Source: Nanobdellota archaeon
GTDB lineage: Archaea; Nanobdellota; Nanobdellia; Pacearchaeales; GW2011-AR1
Length of the DNA stretch: 32,000 nucleotides
Direction: 5' to 3'
Assembly: GCA_022563455.1 (NCBI GenBank)
Contig: JADFNI010000003.1
Coordinates: 12,666 to 44,665 of the forward strand
Made by a program: the position numbers and the translations under genes. The notes beneath the pieces were generated by a model, which saw nothing but the letters and a program-made list of their open reading frames with translations, was not told the origin of the DNA and ran no database searches. Numbering within the stretch: the stretch's first letter is position 1; every line of letters begins with the position of its first letter. Of this stretch, positions 18,246-25,052 are shown piece after piece.

Positions 18246-19241
18246 CTAGAAGAACTTGAACTTGAACCCGACTGTTCCTGCGAGGATGCTAGTGTCTGGT
18301 TTCTTGCTTGCAGGAATTGTGACACCCCCTATGAATGTGATGCGTCTCGTTATTATAAATTCGGCTCCGAGTTTTAGATTGACGATGAACGATGCTTTTT
18401 TCGAGCTTTTGGAGTCATCGTTGCCGTTGATCTTGATTGCGGCTAGTCCAATTCCTACTCCGAAGTATGGCTGGATTGGAAACCTTTCCCAAACTGAGTT
18501 CAAGTTGGCAGTAATTTGTGTGACGTCAATTTTTACTAATTGGCGTCTCAAATTTCTAACATTTACATCAACATCAGAACTGTAGTTGATGACGCAACCG
18601 CCGAGGTCGATTCTCCAACTGTCGAAGTAGATTCCCAAATCCGATGACGATCTCTTTTTCTTTGAGAGGCAGAACTCAAAGCCGTCGTTTCCTGTGACCG
18701 TTACATTTTGCCCAAGCCTTTTTTTGAAATAACCTTTGAGGTCGTTGCTTTGAGGGTTGATTACTACCCCGCTGTAGAAGTGGAAATCTTGCAGCCATTC
18801 AGGTTTCCATTCTTTCTTTTGTTCTTTGGCCTCTGCAGTTTCTCTTTCTTCTTTCTCCTGATCTTTGGTCTTCGCAGTTGCAATCGTGGTGTAAATAGGG
18901 CTGTTGCGATGACGCTCTAGTTTTTCGGCATCGCTCTCTTCACTTTTATGATGATCAATTATTGGGTTTGGGGGATTTGGTTGGTGATTTTGTTTTTTTC
19001 GAGTGTTGCTTGCCTCCTTGAGTTTACTAGTCGTGATAGAAGGGGACTTCTTTTCCACCCGGGAAGTGTGTGGCTTTTGCTCTCGGGGAGAGTTATCTAG
19101 TTCGGTCAGTTCGGTCAGTTCGGTCAAAGCTTCTTGCTCGTTCTTTGCCCCTTGCTCAGATCTGTAGTTTATCCCAGCAAGTATTGCTAGAGCTGTTGCG
19201 ATGAATGTTGCGATGACGATACCCCATGCGTTTTTCGACAT
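18246..19241 (-). CDS. Membrane-anchored protein with C-terminal OMP-like beta-barrel domain
   Basis: The preferred start MSKNAWG (19241) has AAGGAA 8 nt upstream; the track start at 19268 is a TTG. N-terminal TM anchor, (TEL)x3 repeat and charged linker. The C-terminal ~190 aa has alternating amphipathic strands and ends ...GTVGFKFKFF, like a bacterial OMP beta-signal. Confidence 0.6.
   Translation of the reverse strand: MSKNAWGIVIATFIATALAILAGINYRSEQGAKNEQEALTELTELTELDNSPREQKPHTSRVEKKSPSITTSKLKEASNTRKKQNHQPNPPNPIIDHHKSEESDAEKLERHRNSPIYTTIATAKTKDQEKEERETAEAKEQKKEWKPEWLQDFHFYSGVVINPQSNDLKGYFKKRLGQNVTVTGNDGFEFCLSKKKRSSSDLGIYFDSWRIDLGGCVINYSSDVDVNVRNLRRQLVKIDVTQITANLNSVWERFPIQPYFGVGIGLAAIKINGNDDSKSSKKASFIVNLKLGAEFIITRRITFIGGVTIPASKKPDTSILAGTVGFKFKFF
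18903..19030 (-). repeat. Direct repeat copy 1 (inside the OMP-like gene)
   Basis: About 130 nt similar to 19207-19339, offset 310 nt, including a 41-nt identical core CTTTTATGATGATCAATTATTGGGTTTGGGGGATTTGGTTG. Confidence 0.7.
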
Positions 19242-19339
19242 CTTTCTATTTCCTTTTATGATGATCAATTATTGGGTTTGGGGGATTTGGTTGCTGATTT
19301 TGTTCTTTTCGAGTGTTGCTTGCTTCCAGAGTTTACTGG
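19207..19339 (-). repeat. Direct repeat copy 2 (spans the OMP-like gene start and the 3' end of the upstream truncated paralog)
   Basis: See copy 1. Differences are scattered substitutions plus one 1-nt indel. Confidence 0.7.
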
Positions 19340-19554
19340 TTGTGGTCGTAGTCGACTTCTATTCCGTTCACGAAGTATGTGGATTTTGTGTCTAGGGACT
19401 CTGGTGGCTCTGTATTCAGTTTGGTCAAAGCTTCGAGTTGCTTGTCTGCCCATTGCTCAGTTTTGTAGTTTATTGCAGCAAGTATTGCGAGCAGGCTTGC
19501 GAGCACGAAGAGAGATCTTACATATTTGTCGAATCTGGTTGTCGTTGTTGTCAT
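19333..19554 (-). pseudogene. Truncated paralog of the OMP-like protein N-terminus (73 aa; TM anchor only)
   Basis: AGGAGA SD site. LAILAAINYKTEQWADKQLEALTKL parallels LAILAGINYRSEQGAKNEQEALTEL of the downstream gene. It ends at a TAA where the ~130-nt repeat begins, and it has no barrel domain. Confidence 0.45.
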
Positions 19555-19603
19555 GTTGTCTCCTGTTGATTGTTGGTTGTTATTGATATAGCTTCGCGCA
19601 AGA

Positions 19604-19694
19604 TTATATCTGACGCGTAAAATTGGAGCCCTATCCCACCACCAACTGAAGGGAACTTCCCAGGAGTTGATGGTTTGCGGTAGGGTAGGGCTCT
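19604..19694 (-). repeat. Intergenic box-plus-hairpin module, copy C
   Basis: Variant box TTATATCTGACGC at 19604-19616 overlapping a minus-strand TATAAT (plus-strand 19603-19608). Long imperfect stem at 19625-19640/19677-19694 with an inner stem. Confidence 0.45.
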
Positions 19695-19802
19695 GTCGAA
19701 CATCGTTTTCTTCGCTTTTGGCTTAGAATTCGCTTTGTCCGAAGATGCTGTTGCAAGAGAGGATGGTTTTTTCTGGAATGTCTCGTATTGTTCGAAAAAG
19801 AT

Positions 19803-20078
19803 CTAGATTGCAGTCATGGAAGTTTCACCCAACTTTCTTTTGCTAGTGCCTGGCTTTCCTTTTGGCCAAAGAGACGTGCTGATGTAGTGGCCGTGATCAA
19901 TGAAGTATACTTGCTGTAAGGTTCGAATTACTGTCAAATTGACTTTCGTTTCGGTGGTCTTGGACTTGAGCTAGAACCTGACGAAATTCGGAATCACAAT
20001 TGTTGCAAAGATTCCGATGATTACAATAATTATCATGAGTTCGATCAAGGTGAGGCCATTTTTTTTTCGAACAGTCAT
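19803..20078 (-). pseudogene. Bacterial-type type IV pilin / T2SS pseudopilin interrupted by an in-frame TAG
   Basis: The 35 aa before the first TAG (19971-19973) read MTVRKKNGLTLIELMIIIVIIGIFATIVIPNFVRF. The same frame continues LKSKTTETKVNLTVIRTLQQVYFIDHGHY... to a second TAG at 19803-19805. This is a prepilin cleavage/methylation motif G|LTLIEL with Glu at +5. Confidence 0.6.
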
Positions 20079-20370
20079 TATTTTTTCCTGTCCCTTTATT
20101 GTGTTGGTGGTTAAGTGTTAGGCGTCGTTCTTTTTGGCGAGAAAGCTGGCCTTGAGAAATTCCTGGAAAGATTCCACTTTTGAAGAGTAGTATATATGGA
20201 ACTTCTCAAGGCTTTAGACATTCATTTTTTATTCTCCTATAATAATTAATGATTGTCTGATTTTCGAAGTGCTGTTGTGAACTTTGCAACGCTAAAAGTG
20301 GGAAGCTCTTCAGAGGGATTGGCCTTGGAGGAGCTTCTATGGTTGTTGCAATCTGGTCATGGTCAATTAG

Positions 20371-20410
20371 TTTGGACCAGTTTGAACCAGTTTGAACCAG
20401 TTTGAACCTA
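20371..20410. repeat. Four tandem 10-bp units (TTTGAACCAG), iteron-like
   Basis: Units are TTTGGACCAG, TTTGAACCAG, TTTGAACCAG and TTTGAACCTA. They lie in the noncoding gap between the lipoprotein and pilin genes. Confidence 0.6.
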
Positions 20411-20474
20411 TCTGTATTGTCTGGATTAGGTCAATGTTGTATCTGAAGCGATAGGTCCTGCCTTCTTCTTCATT

Positions 20475-20837
20475 TCATTTCTCGTTTTGCAAAATCTCCT
20501 TGTAACTGGGCATATTTCTTACAGGTATTTCTAACAGATTTATGAGTTCTTCTTGAGAAACAATGAACAGCAGTATTTCTTCTGCAGTTGTCGCTGGGTG
20601 AAGGCCTAGAAGCTTGATTTGGTCTTGACGCCATATCTCGATATCGTAATCATTGACGTCTGCCCAGGTTGCCGTGCTTTTGAGTCCTCGCGCTTCGATT
20701 TCTCTTTCGAGATAACTTTTGCCTCCTTCGTATGCGAAGTCGTGCCAGTCGTCGATGTAGCTGTTTTGACTTATGCATCCAGTTGTTGCGATTGCGACTA
20801 CTGCGATCATGATTGCTGTTGTGATATTTAGGGTCAT
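20475..20837 (-). CDS. Putative lipoprotein, 120 aa
   Basis: AAGGAGAA SD site 5 nt before the ATG. Signal peptide ends in a lipobox-like IATTGC. Confidence 0.55.
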   Translation of the reverse strand: MTLNITTAIMIAVVAIATTGCISQNSYIDDWHDFAYEGGKSYLEREIEARGLKSTATWADVNDYDIEIWRQDQIKLLGLHPATTAEEILLFIVSQEELINLLEIPVRNMPSYKEILQNEK

Positions 20838-20841
20838 GATG

Positions 20842-20901
20842 GTTCTCCTTGTTTTCGTTGTTTGATTTTTTGACCTATACAGAAATCCTTAGACTTCTGA
20901 A
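20842..20901 (-). repeat. Promoter/leader repeat, copy 1
   Basis: About 55/60 identical to 22399-22458. Read on the minus strand it is hairpin, TATAGGTC, CA-rich leader, AAGGAGAAC, then ATG. Confidence 0.6.
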
Positions 20902-21141
20902 AAAATTCTAAATTCTTCATCTCTCTATAATGAGGGGGTATGTTTTGTTTGTCTTTTCTTTTTGTAGCTTAACCGGGGGAGGCTAAGTTCGACGGGATTA
21001 CTATTTTGTTCTCTCTGCATCATTGAGGGCTGGATCTGACGGCTTTCTTAACTTCGATATCGGGTTACACAAGAGTTCTTTTATGCCCTTGTTATCGAAT
21101 AAGCCGCCTATATGATTGCATTAGTACGTCTAGAGAATTTA

Positions 21142-21699
21142 TTAGAACGTCACCTTAAATCTTGCTTTGCCGCCCTTACCTTTCTTGAGAATGCCAACAC
21201 TCCACTTCATACGTACAGGAGGCTTTCCAATTCTAGCAATGCTTCCTATATCGCCTTTCACCCCTTTACCGGCAATCCTGATCGACGGCTTAAAGAACCC
21301 TCGCTTAGCTTTAGATCTAAGTCGCTGGACCGGGGTGTCTTGAAGAAGGGTTTTCTTTTTCTTATCTACCATTGCTGCTCCTTCAATTGCTAGTTCCCAT
21401 GCCAGCTGTTTGTTCCGGGTGCTAATTGCCATTATTAGCGCCTTGTCCAAGTCGTAAAGAATGTTTCCTTTTCCAAGGGAAGCACCGAAGGTTGGGATTT
21501 GTATTGAAGTACTGGCGGAAGTATATCTTCCTAGATACGGTGGTGCAGCACTGTGGACCCTGTTTCTTTTTTCTTGGTAATTGAAGTTGAAGAACTTTTC
21601 AGGGCCTTGACTTGTGTTTTGGGCTGTTGCATCTGTTGCAACGCTCATTGTCAAAATGACAAAGGTTGAAAGAACAAACTTTACTATGGAACTTTTCAT
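21142..21699 (-). CDS. Secreted basic protein, 185 aa
   Basis: AAAGGAAA SD site. N-terminal signal peptide (...MSVATDATA|QN). K/G-rich C-terminus ending in F. Confidence 0.55.
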   Translation of the reverse strand: MKSSIVKFVLSTFVILTMSVATDATAQNTSQGPEKFFNFNYQEKRNRVHSAAPPYLGRYTSASTSIQIPTFGASLGKGNILYDLDKALIMAISTRNKQLAWELAIEGAAMVDKKKKTLLQDTPVQRLRSKAKRGFFKPSIRIAGKGVKGDIGSIARIGKPPVRMKWSVGILKKGKGGKARFKVTF

Positions 21700-21911
21700 T
21701 TCTTTGTTTCCTTTTTACTTTAAGTGATCAACTAATTTCCAATTCAATGTGGTGCTAGGAAACTTGGTGTGTTTTGTTTGGTTCTCCTTTCTTTATGTTT
21801 CGTTGTAGTTATTTTTAGTGCACTATTGTGCTTGAAAGAGTACCTTTCCCTATGGTACTAGAAGGACTTATTTGTTGTTGACTTTAGAGTCAGTCGGTTA
21901 GTTAGTTAGTC

Positions 21912-22349
21912 TTACTCAAATTCTTCGATCAACCCCCAGACCAACCCAAAGACCAACCCAAAGACAGGTCCTAAGACAAACCCAAAGACCAACCCCAAGA
22001 CCAACTCAAGGATCAACCCCAAGACAAACCCAAAGACCACCACCCAGACAAACTCAAAGACCACCCCAAAGACCAACCCAACAATCAACCCATAGGTCAA
22101 CCAATAGAACAATCCCCTTTCACCGTAGCTCTTGAGGTTATTCCATCCATATTTTTGCCATGCAATGAAGCTTATGGCGGTTGAGGCTACTGAGATGTAG
22201 CAAATGATTGGGCATATGAAAAATGAGGGGTGGAAGGATACTTGAGAGTCTTCTTGTCCAACTCCTAGTTCTTTGAAAATTAGGTGGGAGTGATAGATCA
22301 TGGCTATGCTTGCTACTCCGAGAATGAGTGATACGAGTAGTCTTACCAT
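21912..22349 (-). CDS. Membrane protein with extended GxxxG glycine-zipper repeat
   Basis: 145 aa. The C-terminal half, GLIVGLVFG...VFGFVLGLILELVLGLVFGFVLGPVFGLVFGLVWG, has Gly every 4th residue and is encoded by tandem CCAAAGACCAACCC-like DNA repeats at 21931-22090. The N-terminus is uncertain (see the leader repeat at 22399). Confidence 0.55.
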   Translation of the reverse strand: MVRLLVSLILGVASIAMIYHSHLIFKELGVGQEDSQVSFHPSFFICPIICYISVASTAISFIAWQKYGWNNLKSYGERGLFYWLTYGLIVGLVFGVVFEFVWVVVFGFVLGLILELVLGLVFGFVLGPVFGLVFGLVWGLIEEFE

Positions 22350-22398
22350 AGAACTCTTGCTGACGCTGTTTGTTGAGATTTCTTGAGTGGAAATGACA

Positions 22399-22458
22399 GT
22401 TCTCCTTGGTTTTGTTGTTTGATTTTTTGATCTATACAGAAATCCGTAGACTCCTGAA
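22399..22458 (-). repeat. Promoter/leader repeat, copy 2
   Basis: Same unit as 20842-20901. At the position of the ATG in copy 1 it has ATT (22392-22394), which is in frame with the downstream 145-aa ORF. Confidence 0.6.
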
Positions 22459-22509
22459 TAAAGGTTGCCCTCCTCTAAAGAAGCTGGAAGGACTTTGGTG
22501 GATGCTTTC

Positions 22510-22908
22510 CTAAACTTCGTAACCTTCCATCCTCATCTCTTCCTCTGTCTTGATGGAGATTCCGTCGTTAGTGATGCCCCAGAAGTGATTTTCGAGTCTT
22601 TCGTTTTCGAGTCTTTCGATTACTACGAATTGATCGGTTAAATTCGTCGAGAATGGGAAGACTACTGAGAAGAGAATCTCTTCTCTTGTTTGGCTTGTAG
22701 TGCCATAGACGTTGATTTGTAGGAACTTAGTTCCGTTGAGAAGTTTTGGTGATTGTGGTTTTTTGCCTTTGTTTCGGTGATCGCCGTTCGTGTGAAGTTC
22801 TTTGACCTTGAACTCTGTGAGGGCTCCTCTTCCGAGTTTTGCGCATGAGAGCCCTGCGATTTGTATTGCGAGTGCAACGTTTTCGTTTGCTCGAAGTTCT
22901 CTTCTCAC
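22510..22908 (-). CDS. Hypothetical cytoplasmic protein, 132 aa (paralog family member, weakest match)
   Basis: GTG start with AGGAGA 4 nt upstream. Shows loose similarity to the 116-aa and 144-aa ORFs (LSCAKLG / FLQINVYG...ILFSVVF). Confidence 0.5.
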   Translation of the reverse strand: MRRELRANENVALAIQIAGLSCAKLGRGALTEFKVKELHTNGDHRNKGKKPQSPKLLNGTKFLQINVYGTTSQTREEILFSVVFPFSTNLTDQFVVIERLENERLENHFWGITNDGISIKTEEEMRMEGYEV

Positions 22909-23059
22909 ATGATCTCCTGTTTACTCTATGTTGTTTGGCTAGTTGATTGTTGTTGACCATCACAGATGTTGTAGGCATCTGGAGGAAGTGGGGAAGCCTT
23001 ATTAATTTGTTAACAAGACTTCCTTTTTTATTGCTCTTGCTTCTTTGGGTTCCTAGTGA

Positions 23060-23410
23060 CTAGTGGGATTTTCGCTCGAGATTCGGAACCTGATTTAGAT
23101 CATTTGCATCGAAGAGACGGTTTTCTCTTCCTCGAGAGTTTCGAAAATCGATGCTTGCCGTGGTGAGGTGGTAGTAATGACCTTCTTTTTTGTTCGTGAC
23201 TTCGAGGTAGGTCAGAACAAGTTTGGCACCTGTTTCATATTCAACTCTTACCTGAAAGGTCGAACGACTTTGAGCGCTGTGAACGATTTCCATACAGGAG
23301 AAATTAGCTCTCTGGTGCCTGTTTGTTCCAGGGGTTTTTACCATGATGAGGTTTGCGGCAATTGCGGCGTCTCTTTTAAGGACTAATGGAATCGTGTTTT
23401 GGGTGGACAT
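23060..23410 (-). CDS. Hypothetical cytoplasmic protein, 116 aa (paralog family member)
   Basis: AAAGGA SD site. Shares CME, VRVEYETGAKLVLTYLEV and ASIDFRNSRGRENRLFDANDL blocks with 25053-25487. Confidence 0.55.
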   Translation of the reverse strand: MSTQNTIPLVLKRDAAIAANLIMVKTPGTNRHQRANFSCMEIVHSAQSRSTFQVRVEYETGAKLVLTYLEVTNKKEGHYYHLTTASIDFRNSRGRENRLFDANDLNQVPNLERKSH

Positions 23411-23537
23411 GATGGATCCTTTTGTTTGCCTTATAATTGGGCTTTGAATTATTTAGTGTGATTCTTGATTTGTAGTTGATTTGTAATTGTGTGATAAAAC
23501 TTTTTGGATTAAGTAAGTTTAACGCTCTTACTTTTTA

Positions 23538-23897
23538 TCAAATATCTTCTAAGGTAGAGAGATCTATGACCTCTGTCACATTTCCCTTTTTCCTAGTTAT
23601 ATTACCATAACAGCCTTTACTAAAAATTCCGTGAAGTCTGCAATTGGCAATACCTCTTACATAGGTTACATCTCCTGAAAGTTTATCAAAATCACCTAGG
23701 AGACCTTCACCTAATCCTTCTTCGCATACTTTATCAATCCTTATAAAACAATTATTAGGGTGGATAGGTATGCTGCGAATCATAGATTTTCCGAGTCCTT
23801 TTGCAGTTCTTGCTAGTCTCTCGGCTATTTTTCGCTTTTCTTCAAGGGATATTTCAAGTTCAGATTCAGCTTTATTAACATTAACAGCAAGTAGCAT
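23538..23897 (-). CDS. Hypothetical protein, 119 aa
   Basis: AAGGAGAA SD site 6 nt before the ATG, the same SD style as the rest of the block, although this stretch is locally AT-rich. Confidence 0.5.
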   Translation of the reverse strand: MLLAVNVNKAESELEISLEEKRKIAERLARTAKGLGKSMIRSIPIHPNNCFIRIDKVCEEGLGEGLLGDFDKLSGDVTYVRGIANCRLHGIFSKGCYGNITRKKGNVTEVIDLSTLEDI

Positions 23898-23961
23898 TTA
23901 TACTTCTCCTTTTTGGTGATTTAATTACTTTCTAGATGTTGTTAATTTATTAGATTTCCTT

Positions 23962-24348
23962 TTATGATTCTTTTTGCTTTATTAAGGAAATGGTTAGGGA
24001 TATAAAATAACTAATCAATCCTAAAACAATTGAAAGGTTGATGTTGTAAAGAAAATCCGGAATTGGATTACTTTCTAACTCACGGATAATCTCAGCTATT
24101 ATTCCAATTCCAATTGACGAAATTAAAATTGAAAAAAGTACAGAATAAAAAATGGTAATATTCTGATGGATCAATTTTGCCAAGAAGGCCGAACTTGCAA
24201 TCCCTGAGAGTGTGAGAGAAACTCCGATTCCTTCCATTGGATTTTCCATCATGAGATTGAGGTAAAGAAAAATGATGAAAATTGCGGCAAAGAAAATGAA
24301 TCCAGTAGCTGAGATGTTGTTTTTTGGATAGATGATTTCTTCGGGCAT
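23962..24348 (-). CDS. Small integral membrane protein, 128 aa
   Basis: AGGAGA SD site 6 nt before the ATG. About 4 hydrophobic segments. Confidence 0.55.
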   Translation of the reverse strand: MPEEIIYPKNNISATGFIFFAAIFIIFLYLNLMMENPMEGIGVSLTLSGIASSAFLAKLIHQNITIFYSVLFSILISSIGIGIIAEIIRELESNPIPDFLYNINLSIVLGLISYFISLTISLIKQKES

Positions 24349-24695
24349 TTTGGATCTCCTGAGTCCTATTATTTATTTATTTATTGGGCTTGGTTGATGG
24401 TTGTACATACTACAGACGTTCTTGAACGTCTGGAAGAAATGCACCTTCCCCTGATAGTAGCGAGAAGGGCTTCGTGATTCGACAAACACTAGAAGCATTA
24501 GTCAAAGTGACGCTTTAGTGTGTCTCCGGCCGATGGTTCAAATAAAAGTTTTATTGATGGTCGGGTGCATCGTGGGTGGATCATTCATGAGTCGATTTCT
24601 CCTTTTGGTTGTTGGTTGATGTTGTTGGTTCATACAGGATCAATAGATTCCTGCGAAAAAGGTACCCCCTCTTTGGTAGCCGGAGGATTTTGATC

Positions 24696-24911
24696 TTACT
24701 TATTCAGTCTGCGCTCGACTAGCTGGTAAACCATCGTTGCTGTTGGGATTTTATTCTCCCTGGCTAGGCGTTTGAGTACGCGCAGTTCCTTGTCAGAGAT
24801 CATTATTGCAACTCGATTTCTTCGTGAGTTTGGGTTTTGGCCTTGTCCTGTTCCAATTGGACGACCTGCTCCAGCACGACGACCACCCCATCCGACTTTC
24901 TTATTTCTCAT
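24696..24911 (-). CDS. Ribbon-helix-helix (CopG/Arc-like) DNA-binding protein with Gly/Arg-rich N-terminal arm
   Basis: The preferred start MRNKKVGWGGRRAGAGRP (24911) has AGGAG 7 nt upstream. The C-terminal RVAIMISDKELRVLKRLARENKIPTATMVYQLVERRL fits a strand-helix-helix pattern. Confidence 0.55.
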   Translation of the reverse strand: MRNKKVGWGGRRAGAGRPIGTGQGQNPNSRRNRVAIMISDKELRVLKRLARENKIPTATMVYQLVERRLNK

Positions 24912-25052
24912 TGTACTACTCCTATTGTTTCTTGCTTGGTTACTTTCCCACTTCAAAATAGAAATTAAGAAGTGAAAAATGGTGATGGATCTTTGGATAA
25001 TAGATTATACCTGAGCCCTATTGTTTATTTGGCTATTTAGGGGTGAGGCTTT

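Noticed and set aside
18903-19339. The ~130-nt repeat pair as a template/variable repeat pair of a diversity-generating retroelement
   Set aside because: The differences between the copies are not concentrated at adenines (G/C, T/C changes and a 1-nt indel). No reverse transcriptase gene is in the window. One copy spans a gene start rather than a C-terminal variable region.
19920-19928. GGTTCGAAT, a tRNA T-loop-like string, and the acceptor/T-arm-like minihelix at 15024-15060
   Set aside because: The first has no flanking 5-bp T-stem or cloverleaf and lies inside the pilin reading frame. The second has a 7-bp stem plus a 4-bp stem with a 7-nt loop, but no D or anticodon arms, a non-canonical loop (TCCGACT) and no CCA context. 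No tRNA gene can be supported.
19095-20410. Short tandem repeats (9-nt GTTCGGTCA x3 at about 19095-19125; 10-nt units at 20371-20410) as a CRISPR array
   Set aside because: The units are contiguous with no spacers and far shorter than CRISPR repeats. The first array is in-frame coding sequence (TELTELTEL). No cas genes are present.
22727-22978. 83-aa and 71-aa alternate-frame ORFs overlapping the 132-aa gene
   Set aside because: They are R/K/T-rich translations of a T-poor strand where all frames tend to stay open. They have no SD site, and they overlap an ORF that has a proper SD site and GTG start.
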